22,011 nucleotides of DNA, from the IMG/VR virus record IMGVR_UViG_2609459830_000015. One strand, written 5' to 3'. This stretch comes from a virus (lineage: Duplodnaviria > Heunggongvirae > Uroviricota > Caudoviricetes). A program made the translations under genes and the position numbers. Each line of letters opens with the position of its first letter. Position 1 is the first letter of the stretch. The notes beneath the pieces are model-generated. The model did no database searches. It was not told the origin of the DNA and saw nothing but the letters and a program-made list of their open reading frames with translations. Shown one piece after another: positions 1-7,392 of the stretch.

Positions 1-349
1 GGCGTAAGAGGCCCCGGAACGTTATCGTTCACACGGACCGTGGAGGCCAGTACTGTTCAGCAGATTATCAGGCGCAACTGAAGCGGCATAATCTGCGTGG
101 AAGTATGAGCGCAAAAGGTTGCTGCTACGATAATGCCTGCGTGGAAAGCTTCTTTCATTCGCTGAAAGTGGAATGTATCCATGGAGAACACTTTATCAGC
201 CGGGAAATAATGCGGGCAACGGTGTTTAATTATATCGAATGTGATTACAATCGGTGGCGGCGGCACAGTTGGTGTGGCGGCCTCAGTCCGGAACAATTTG
301 AAAACAAGAACCTCGCTTAGGCCTGTGTCCATATTACGTGGGTAGGATC
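1..349 (+). mobile_element. IS3-family insertion sequence, right-hand end only (element continues left of the window)
   Basis: Transposase OrfB C-terminal coding sequence runs into the window and stops at 320; 321-349 (ggcctgtgtccatattacgtgggtaggatca) reads as a terminal inverted repeat ending TGGGTAGGATCA, consistent with the 5'-TG...CA-3' termini of IS3-family elements. Exact boundary is +/- a few bp. Confidence 0.85.
3..320 (+). CDS. IS3-family transposase OrfB, C-terminal fragment (5' end outside window)
   Basis: Frame 3 is open from the window edge: ...[51 protein letters not shown]...[22 protein letters not shown]. The HTDRGxQY and CYDNAxxESFF blocks are the DDE-region signatures of IS3-family OrfB. 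Confidence 0.9.
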
Positions 350-471
350 ACGCAGGGGTCGGCCCATTTGAGCTTCAGATAGGAACGTTTGAATTCCTTT
401 CACAAAATACATCACATACTGAACGTGAACATTCCCACTTTGATCTTAAGGCCAAAAAGTATGCAGGACTA

Positions 472-2190
472 ATGATTTTTAGGGATAGCTTGAGAGTATT
501 ACCTTATGGTCGAGTAGATAATGATTTCTTCCAGATAGAAGAAAGACGTTCATGGAATGCAGGGCGATATTATTGGTCTAATAGAAGGATTTTTGGTTAT
601 ATTGGAATTACTCAATCCAGTAATAAAGAGCTGAAAGATAAGTCGGGGAGAGAGGGATTCATAAGAAACCAGGCTGCAAGAGAACTGAAAACTATTATAT
701 CTAATTTGTTAACTGAACTTGCTGATAGATTTTTTGGTTCACGTTCTGATGACCGTAAAGAGCTTTTAGAACAAGTTAAGCGTGAAAAAGAGTTAAGAAA
801 ATCTGCTCAACAACAAGCTCGAAAATCAACACAAAAAAGTTTTTCAGAAGCTTTGAAGAATCAGACACCAGTTCTTGATGCTTCCTTGGAGGCTGTTAAA
901 AGGCTGAAAACTAAGCTTGATAAAACTGATGGTTCGTTAGATTTAAACTATCTTAAAATTATAGACAGTGATCTTACAAACTTAGATGCGTTGCGCAGTG
1001 AAATTAAAACGCCTATCAAACCTCCAAAACTTGGAATGTATGAAGAGAAATATAGAGACTACAGAGATAAATTTAATGAGTTCTCTGCGTATATTCTACA
1101 AATGAAGTTAGCAATTAATAAACTTGATTCTGAATTAAATAAACTTGAGCCTTCATTGTCAGCGAAAAATCACCTTGAAAAAAATCAAGGTATTATTAAT
1201 TCTAAACTAACTAAGTTTAATAACACGATAGAGGAGAAGATACATTCTCTTTTAAAAAAATGGGCCGATGAAATAAAGGTTGATCGAAGTGATTATTATG
1301 CTAAAACTATATCAGTTGTTGATTCAATAGATAATGATTCACAAATTGAAAATGTGTTTAATTTGCTCGATAGTTTATATGTTGAGTCAGTTGATACCCT
1401 AACTTTCAAATATCAATCAATAATAAAAGGTCTCGATAGATTATTTGAAGGTATAAACTTAGATTCAGCATTCTCATTATCTGAAGAAGAACGCTCATAT
1501 TTTGAAGAAAAAGCTAAAAGTTTAAACGCGCTTGCACAGTTAGGTATTAGTGTTGAGATAATATCTCATGAACTTGAAGAAATGGATTCTATGGTAACCA
1601 GAGGACTAAACTCTCTTCCTACTTCTGTAAAAGAACACCCTGGTTTTTCATTGGCGTTAAATGCTCACAGATCGCTTACTCAACAAATACGTTTCTTATC
1701 ACCTTTGAAAATATCAGGTTATCAATCCAGGCAGAGAATAACTGGAAAAAATATCATGGATTATGTCCTGAAGTTCTTTGGGGAGCGTTTCGAACGGCAA
1801 CGAATAACTATTGAATTTAGTGAAGAGTTTAAGCAAATCGCAATAACAGATATACCATCAAGGATCTATCCTGTTTTTACTAATATTATCAACAATGCAA
1901 TGTATTGGGTCAGTCTGTCAAATAATAGGCTCATAAAGATTGGTTTTGTGAATTCTTTGGTTATCATAGCAAATTCTGGTCCGGCAATTGATACCGATGA
2001 TATCCCGCGACTATTTGAACTATTTTATAGCAAAAGAGCAAATGGACATGGGGTAGGTCTGTATCTATGTCGAGAAAACCTTGCTGTTGCACATCATAAA
2101 ATATGGTATTCAGAACCTGATGAAGGCGATAACTATTTAATAAAAGATGGCGCTAATTTTGTGATCCAGTTCAATGGAGTGGAGTTCTAA
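472..2190 (+). CDS. Histidine kinase core (coiled-coil region, HisKA-like H-box, HATPase_c); probably 5'-truncated by the IS3 insertion
   Basis: 572-aa ORF. C-terminal third shows an H-box (LGISVEIISHELEEMDSMV), N-box (VFTNIINNAMYW), G1 box (IANSGPAIDTDDIPRLFELFYS) and G2 box (GHGVGLYLCRENLAV). The N-terminal ~250 aa are K/E/L-rich, coiled-coil-like. The same frame is open upstream from 346 (immediately after the IS3 end) to the first ATG at 472, with no stop. Confidence 0.8.
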   Translation: MIFRDSLRVLPYGRVDNDFFQIEERRSWNAGRYYWSNRRIFGYIGITQSSNKELKDKSGREGFIRNQAARELKTIISNLLTELADRFFGSRSDDRKELLEQVKREKELRKSAQQQARKSTQKSFSEALKNQTPVLDASLEAVKRLKTKLDKTDGSLDLNYLKIIDSDLTNLDALRSEIKTPIKPPKLGMYEEKYRDYRDKFNEFSAYILQMKLAINKLDSELNKLEPSLSAKNHLEKNQGIINSKLTKFNNTIEEKIHSLLKKWADEIKVDRSDYYAKTISVVDSIDNDSQIENVFNLLDSLYVESVDTLTFKYQSIIKGLDRLFEGINLDSAFSLSEEERSYFEEKAKSLNALAQLGISVEIISHELEEMDSMVTRGLNSLPTSVKEHPGFSLALNAHRSLTQQIRFLSPLKISGYQSRQRITGKNIMDYVLKFFGERFERQRITIEFSEEFKQIAITDIPSRIYPVFTNIINNAMYWVSLSNNRLIKIGFVNSLVIIANSGPAIDTDDIPRLFELFYSKRANGHGVGLYLCRENLAVAHHKIWYSEPDEGDNYLIKDGANFVIQFNGVEF

Positions 2191-2191
2191 T

Positions 2192-3940
2192 ATGACAGTG
2201 GCAAATTATAATTCTCTTGTCCAGAAAACTTTCTGCGAAAATGCAATTCGTTCCGTTGTCATGATTGATGACGATTTTCTGACGTATTCTGAATCAATCA
2301 GGGCGTTGAATAACGAAGTTGATTTAGACTACAACAAAATTGACTCATCTAAACGAGCCGCTACTCTTGAGAGCTTTTTTCAATCTAAAAATATGATTTG
2401 TGATGTTGACAATGGTTCTGTTAATTTCGATGTGGATCGGATTAGAAAATCAGATCTTATTATTGTAGATTATCATCTTGATAATAATGCACCTGATAAA
2501 ACACTTAAACTATTACAAGATTTGAAAGACTCCGATCATTTAAATATGATTGTAATATATACTAGAGAGAATTTAGAAACGGTTTGGATGCAGATATCAT
2601 CGACTCTCAAAGGTGCTCTGGATATCAACAGCTTGATCATTGACTACGATAATGAAGATGTCCAAAGTTATTGGGAAGACGTTGTATTACCGAACTTAAA
2701 TGATAATGGTAATAAAGCTCTCACAAGAGATGAAACAATAGCCTATATTAAAGACAGTAAGCCTTGTAGAAGAATTAAAAGATTAATACATGATGATGCT
2801 GTGTTGGAGGATCAAAAGGATAAAAACTTCATTGCAAAAATGATTGCAGAATATGCTGTGTCTAGAAATGCAATTATTTCTAGCAACACATCTGGCAATG
2901 TCATTCGGGGTGATGAAAGCGGAGTAAAATGGATTCAATGTGGTAATATCTTTGTCTCCCTATTTCATAAGGTTCAAGATGATCATGAAAACGATGGAGA
3001 TAGAATTTGGCAAACTCTCAATGATTCTCTCATTGAATGGAAACCATCTTATTATCAGTTAATAAAATCTGAAATTCAGAATGCAATCGAAGCTGAGGCT
3101 TTATCTTTTGTAAATCATTTGGCTAACGATCATTACGGTCAAGCTGCGTGGTTAAATGAGATATTAAAATCAGACTCGCCTGATATTAGATGTAGAAATA
3201 TTGACTTTGTATTTGGTAATTTATCAGAAGAGCTTTATCAAAGACTTAAAAATAATAATACGCTGGATGAATTTATCAAAAGTGTTTTTGATAGCTATTC
3301 AAATGAATACGCTAACAGCGGAGTTGCTGCATTGCTCCAATATTGCTCTTCAAAAATGGATCTGCCATCAAATAATGATACTTATCACGAAATGTATCAT
3401 GCTTTAAATATGAATTTGTCTTCAAAGAATTTTGAAGATGGTCATATTTCTACTGGCACTATTTTCTTTGATACAGAGTCGAACAAATGGTATTTATGTG
3501 TATCTGCGGCATGTGATTTGGTTCCTACTCAGGGTAACGACCCTCACCATGTAAGATTAAGTCCGCACAGGCTCATTAAAGTTCTGGAGCTTTTTAACGC
3601 CAGTCAGAGTAAAGCATTGCCATTTGCTGAACATTCGAAATATATATATGTAATGCATAAAAATCAAAGAAAATATCTCTCTATTTTCGAAGGGGATAAA
3701 ACGCTTCCTGTTGTTGATTATATGGTGGTGTTGAATCATGGAACAACAGTTGATGGCGAAGAAAAAAATATTATTTCTGCCGTGTTTTTAAGTAATATGG
3801 ATGGCAACGTGCAAAATGTTCCTGTCCGACTCAAACTTAAATCTCAACTGAGAACTGGTTATGCAGAAAGATATCAGGCTATAGCGTCTCAGTATAGCTC
3901 AAGGATTGGTGTGGATTATGTATCAATGATGCTACCATAA
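2192..3940 (+). CDS. Receiver (REC)-like domain protein with a large C-terminal domain of unknown function (putative phosphorylation-controlled effector)
   Basis: N-terminus resembles a response-regulator receiver: acidic beta1 (VVMIDDD), candidate phospho-acceptor Asp at the end of beta3 (DLIIVDYHLDNN), Thr after beta4 (MIVIYT), then a Lys. The remaining ~430 aa have no motif I recognise. Start taken as ATG 2192 (GGAG at 2181-2184, 7 nt upstream; 1 nt after the kinase stop); an in-frame ATG at 2174 is the alternative. Confidence 0.7.
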   Translation: MTVANYNSLVQKTFCENAIRSVVMIDDDFLTYSESIRALNNEVDLDYNKIDSSKRAATLESFFQSKNMICDVDNGSVNFDVDRIRKSDLIIVDYHLDNNAPDKTLKLLQDLKDSDHLNMIVIYTRENLETVWMQISSTLKGALDINSLIIDYDNEDVQSYWEDVVLPNLNDNGNKALTRDETIAYIKDSKPCRRIKRLIHDDAVLEDQKDKNFIAKMIAEYAVSRNAIISSNTSGNVIRGDESGVKWIQCGNIFVSLFHKVQDDHENDGDRIWQTLNDSLIEWKPSYYQLIKSEIQNAIEAEALSFVNHLANDHYGQAAWLNEILKSDSPDIRCRNIDFVFGNLSEELYQRLKNNNTLDEFIKSVFDSYSNEYANSGVAALLQYCSSKMDLPSNNDTYHEMYHALNMNLSSKNFEDGHISTGTIFFDTESNKWYLCVSAACDLVPTQGNDPHHVRLSPHRLIKVLELFNASQSKALPFAEHSKYIYVMHKNQRKYLSIFEGDKTLPVVDYMVVLNHGTTVDGEEKNIISAVFLSNMDGNVQNVPVRLKLKSQLRTGYAERYQAIASQYSSRIGVDYVSMMLP

Positions 3941-4011
3941 TTATTATATTTTAGGCGTGGTGATTTTTTTTCGCCATGCCTATTTTATATTTATCATCAC
4001 AATGATGTTGT

Positions 4012-4428
4012 TTATTTTTGTTTAAGTCTTCTAAGCTTCATGCATTCTAATGAGAATAATAATAGAGTTGTGCTGTATATAAAGCCAGAGTTAGTTAATA
4101 ACTTTAAATTTAATGCTTCAGGATTTTCACTGAGAAAGTGAAAGGCATAAACTAAGTATACAGCTAAAGTAGCCGTTCCAATTGTTGGTCCAATATCGCC
4201 TTGATCATGAGGTTCAAGGTTTACATTGAACTTGAAGATTAGCCATTCAAATCCCCAAGTAAAAAAAACAACTAATATCATGGCTGCGAATAATTTCGCG
4301 ATGTTATCTGCTGATGGATTCATCAGAACAGATTGTTTCTGAAAAAATTCACAAAGTGAGAGTCCGAAAAAAATAAAAAAAAGTGGTCTGGAACTAAATT
4401 TTTCAAAAACTTTGAATAGGGTTTCCAT
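4012..4428 (-). CDS. Small integral membrane protein (about 4 predicted TM helices), unknown function
   Basis: 138-aa ORF with hydrophobic stretches (PLFFIFFGLSLCEFF; LFAAMILVVFFTWGFEWLIF; IGTATLAVYLVYAFHFL; GFIYSTTLLLFSL). AT-rich like the kinase/REC cargo. Starts 38 bp downstream of the integrase stop on the same strand. Confidence 0.55.
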   Translation of the reverse strand: METLFKVFEKFSSRPLFFIFFGLSLCEFFQKQSVLMNPSADNIAKLFAAMILVVFFTWGFEWLIFKFNVNLEPHDQGDIGPTIGTATLAVYLVYAFHFLSENPEALNLKLLTNSGFIYSTTLLLFSLECMKLRRLKQK

Positions 4429-4466
4429 TTTCTTTACCTTCAGGATTATATTAGCTATTCTGATAC

Positions 4467-5738
4467 TTAGGCTACCAGAGCATTTGATCTTTGAGCTTGA
4501 ACGTAATCACTCCACCATTGCATCAAACTCTGTCGCTCTATCAGATATTCTGCACGATTGTATGCTGCGATAATTTCATCTTTTTTCGAGTGGGCAAGCG
4601 CTGCCTCAAGAACTTCAGCTCTGAATTTACCAGACTCCTCTGCCGCTGTTCGTGCAATAGAACGCATACCGTGAGCTACAAGCTCGCCTCCGAACCCCAT
4701 TCGGATGATAGCTGCGTTGGCTGTTTGTTCATGCATATGATTAAGAGGCGCTTTTATGCTGGGGAAAACCCATTCTCTATGCCCACTTATTGATTTCATT
4801 AATTCAAGGATGCGCAAAGCTTCTTTACTCAAAGGAACTTTGTGAAGCTTTTTCATTTTCATGAAATCAGCAGGAATGTTCCAAATGCTGTTGGTTGTAT
4901 CAATATCAGACCACCTTGCGCGAACGGCTTCACCCGGACGAACCCATGTCAACAATTGCCATTCAATTAGCATACGTGTTTCCAACCGGATTGACGCATT
5001 CGTCAAAGATTCCATAAACCTTGGCAATTCGCTTGGGGGAAGGGCAGGCATATTTTGCTTTTTTGGTTTACTGAATCTTTGACCAAGGTTGTCAGCCGGG
5101 TTGAACTCAATAAGTTCTTCAGTAGCTGCCCACCGGAAGATTTCATTCAGACGTGAAATGATACGGCGTAGAGTTTCCAATACGCCTCGTTGCTCAATAG
5201 GATCAAGGTGTTGTTTTAAGAGCTTAGGTCGGATCTCATTGATAGGGACATTACCCAGACCGGGAAAGACATTTCTCTCTAAGCTGCGCCAGATGTCTGC
5301 TGCATGGTCTTGTGAGATACCTGATGTCTTTACCTTCTCATCTAACCATTTCCGCGCTACGGCTTGGAGAGTGTGCTCAGTAGCACTCTTTAATGCCTTC
5401 GCCTTATCGTTGTTATGGATTTGGGGATCAACACCATTTGCCAGAAAGGAGAGATATTCATCACGTAAGGCTCTGGCTCTTGCAAGGGTAAGGTGAGGAT
5501 ATGTCCCAAGGCTCATTTTGGTTCTTTTCTTGCTCACTGGTACTGCATACCTGAAATACCAATTTTTCTTGCCTCCTTTCGCCAAAGGAGCGATTCGTAG
5601 AATCAGACCATCACCGTCAAACAAGTTGATTTCTTTATCGGCTGGCTTGGTGCTTTTGATTTCAGTGTCAGTGAGCTTCTTAGCGATTTTTGCCATTTTG
5701 GGACCCTCGGTTTTTGGACCCTTCTTAGTGGGTCCCAT
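4467..5738 (-). CDS. int: P4-type tyrosine integrase (IntA/CP4-57-like family)
   Basis: 423-aa ORF. N-terminal arm-binding region typical of P4-family integrases (KLTDTEIKSTKPADKEINLFDGDGLILRI...KNWYFRY) and a C-terminal catalytic region (...AHGMRSIARTAAEESG...EAALAHSKKDEIIAAYNRAEY) with the R...HxxR...Y pattern. The true start is probably the internal Met (MAKIAKKLTD, about 5696). Confidence 0.9.
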   Translation of the reverse strand: MGPTKKGPKTEGPKMAKIAKKLTDTEIKSTKPADKEINLFDGDGLILRIAPLAKGGKKNWYFRYAVPVSKKRTKMSLGTYPHLTLARARALRDEYLSFLANGVDPQIHNNDKAKALKSATEHTLQAVARKWLDEKVKTSGISQDHAADIWRSLERNVFPGLGNVPINEIRPKLLKQHLDPIEQRGVLETLRRIISRLNEIFRWAATEELIEFNPADNLGQRFSKPKKQNMPALPPSELPRFMESLTNASIRLETRMLIEWQLLTWVRPGEAVRARWSDIDTTNSIWNIPADFMKMKKLHKVPLSKEALRILELMKSISGHREWVFPSIKAPLNHMHEQTANAAIIRMGFGGELVAHGMRSIARTAAEESGKFRAEVLEAALAHSKKDEIIAAYNRAEYLIERQSLMQWWSDYVQAQRSNALVA

Positions 5739-5861
5739 TCAGGGTGCCATAACTCGTAGTTCTCAGCAATTCTCACTGGACGACAATAGACGTAAAAAAG
5801 CCCGCAGAGCTTGTGCTGTGTGGGCTTAGTAGACTTCATTGAACTTCAAACAACTAAAAAG

Positions 5862-5897
5862 TGGTGGGCTGGCGGGAGTTGAACCCGTATCCGAAAA
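5862..5897 (-). other. att-site core: degenerate copy of the tmRNA (ssrA) 3' end, not a complete gene
   Basis: Minus strand reads ...CGGGTTCAACTCCCGCCAGC-CCACCA, matching the 3' terminus of E. coli tmRNA as I recall it (GCGGGTTCAACTCCCGCCAGCTCCACCA) with one base missing and two substitutions just upstream; similarity decays after about 36 nt and no ssrA 5' sequence is present at 5898-6230. Same orientation as, and 124 bp upstream of, the P4-type integrase. Confidence 0.6.
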
Positions 5898-6154
5898 ATT
5901 CTTAACCAATTGAATATTAATGATTTTTCTAATTTAAAATACCTCACGTGCATTTTACGTGCATATTGTAGTACCTCTAACGTCCTGATTCTGTCCAACA
6001 TTTTGAAGTGTTTAGGCGCCACTGGGGCGGTGATTAGCGCTGTTTTGTGCTGTTCATAGCACTTCAAGACTATTCAATTCAGAGCAATCGTTGAAGAATT
6101 ACCCGTAAGGTAATATCATACTATTTAGGTAACTGCGGTTATCACCATCAAGGG

Positions 6155-6188
6155 CCACTGATGACGCTGTTATCATCAGTGGCTTTTT
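6155..6188 (+). terminator. Rho-independent terminator-like hairpin (plus strand)
   Basis: Perfect 10-bp stem CCACTGATGA / TCATCAGTGG (6155-6164 / 6173-6182) with an 8-nt loop, followed by CTTTTTGT. No T-run on the opposite strand, so it is unidirectional. Confidence 0.6.
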
Positions 6189-6230
6189 GTACCTTCACTG
6201 CACAGCCAGTGAAGTGTTGAGGAGACTAGC

Positions 6231-6572
6231 ATGAGAACAGTAGCGAGAAGATCGATACAGACGATTGAGCGTCGGACTCAACTCGTCAGTTCTTTTGTTG
6301 ACTCAAACACAGCAAACGAGTTCTTCGTGAGAAGACTGAGTGATCGTGTCTCCCCGGCACGTCAGCTGTTTATTGTGACATTGAACAATGAGGTTCGTGA
6401 CGGTGACGTGATCCCGTTCGCTGAGATCGCCATGAACAAAGAAAAATTGCGCTATGTTGTGAAGCCAGCAGATCAGTATCCTCAGTATGTAAGCAGTAAT
6501 CTGCTGAAGAAAATTGAAGCGGCAATTGCTCTATACATGCAGAAGAACTACAGGGAAATTAACTACCATTAA
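6231..6572 (+). CDS. Hypothetical protein (113 aa), first gene of a cargo cassette between att and the prophage integrase
   Basis: ORF preceded by GAGGAG (6219-6224) 6 nt before the ATG; no recognisable motif. An 8-bp-stem hairpin (CTTCACTG...CAGTGAAG, 6193-6214) sits in the leader. Confidence 0.6.
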   Translation: MRTVARRSIQTIERRTQLVSSFVDSNTANEFFVRRLSDRVSPARQLFIVTLNNEVRDGDVIPFAEIAMNKEKLRYVVKPADQYPQYVSSNLLKKIEAAIALYMQKNYREINYH

Positions 6573-6583
6573 AAGGTTGCTGA

Positions 6584-7351
6584 ATGGCTCCTGCGTTAAT
6601 ACCTTCATATAACAAGGACTTGAACATTACGCCATTTGGCGAAAAACGTCTTATTGAGTCATTCTATTTTTTCACTGCCGAGGCTGGCTTACTGAGGGCT
6701 GATGAGTACATTGTCAGTTCTGGTGAGTTTCAGTACTACTTGGATGTGTATCAACTGGGATGTTCCACCGACGACTTTTTTTTAGACTATGGCAGTGACC
6801 TTCTTGATTCGAAGGTTCCAATGCAGGATCTGGTCAATACCCTCTTGGGTCTTGATATGGTAGACGATAACAAAACGATAAGAATAGGTCGTATACAGTT
6901 CAACGACTTTAATTTTATCGAAGAGAACGGTCAGATGATGACCGGAAAGCAAGTGAAAAGCGCTGTTATCGCACAGGATTTCCAATCAGCAGGTTTGGCG
7001 CGTGAGATCTATAAAATGCTTGCGCGAAAGCATGAGTTTCTCATCTGCGATAACATTCAAAGTATTGCCGGTGGTGCTCTTTGGGCTAGTAGCATCATTC
7101 GAATTGCCGAGGTACGGATCTACAATTCACGCACGAAGAAATTTATGGACATACTTGGTCCAGGTGCGCGTGGCGTTTCAGGTACTTTGCCATGGAGTGC
7201 GAATGATCTGTCTGTAGATGAGATTGTTCGCTGGGGTCGTGCGTATGATGATGAAAACTGTTGTCGTCACATTGTACATGTTATCTGTAAGGACCGACTC
7301 ATTGACGATCAATTTCATGATTATGTTTCGATAGGTGGCGCGACAGAATAA
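6584..7351 (+). CDS. Hypothetical protein (255 aa), second gene of the att-int cargo cassette
   Basis: ORF starts 11 bp after the upstream gene's stop and is followed by a terminator; no recognisable catalytic motif. Confidence 0.65.
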   Translation: MAPALIPSYNKDLNITPFGEKRLIESFYFFTAEAGLLRADEYIVSSGEFQYYLDVYQLGCSTDDFFLDYGSDLLDSKVPMQDLVNTLLGLDMVDDNKTIRIGRIQFNDFNFIEENGQMMTGKQVKSAVIAQDFQSAGLAREIYKMLARKHEFLICDNIQSIAGGALWASSIIRIAEVRIYNSRTKKFMDILGPGARGVSGTLPWSANDLSVDEIVRWGRAYDDENCCRHIVHVICKDRLIDDQFHDYVSIGGATE

Positions 7352-7363
7352 CCATCAAAAAGA

Positions 7364-7387
7364 CCCGGCATTTGCCGGGTTTTTTCT
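7364..7387. terminator. Bidirectional rho-independent terminator between convergent genes
   Basis: Hairpin CCCGGC-ATTT-GCCGGG (7364-7379) flanked by an A-run upstream and T-run downstream (aaaaaGACCCGGCATTTGCCGGGtttttt), so it works for the plus-strand cassette and the minus-strand integrase. Confidence 0.6.
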
Positions 7388-7392
7388 TCAAA

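Noticed and set aside
57-332. 91-aa minus-strand ORF inside the IS3 end
   Set aside because: Antisense to the clearly real transposase OrfB frame; overlaps the IS inverted repeat; no motif. Treated as a shadow ORF.
3201-3739. ORFs 3201-3407 (+) and 3557-3739 (-) inside the REC-effector gene
   Set aside because: Alternative-frame or antisense ORFs within a long, well-supported CDS; AT-rich sequence yields spurious short ORFs.
472-3940. Calling the kinase/REC pair a canonical Detocs (dtcABC) system
   Set aside because: There is no REC-only buffer gene, the kinase lacks a C-terminal receiver domain, and the effector has no evident nucleoside-phosphorylase signature. Only the general architecture is shared, so it is reported as Detocs-like at most.
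4491-5829. Several 70-135-aa plus-strand ORFs (4491-4793, 4861-5082, 5089-5496, 5518-5829) and a minus-strand ORF 5603-5839
   Set aside because: All lie within or antisense to the P4-type integrase gene or its promoter; translations are Cys/Arg/Ser-rich and not protein-like.
5846-6067. 73-aa minus-strand ORF overlapping the att core
   Set aside because: Spans the ssrA-derived att fragment and AT-rich non-coding DNA; no ribosome-binding site; not protein-like.
5862-6230. A complete ssrA (tmRNA) gene
   Set aside because: Only the last ~36 nt resemble ssrA; the expected 5' end (GGGGCTGATTCTGGATTCGAC..., reverse-complemented) is absent from 5898-6230, and the acceptor 3' strand is one base short.
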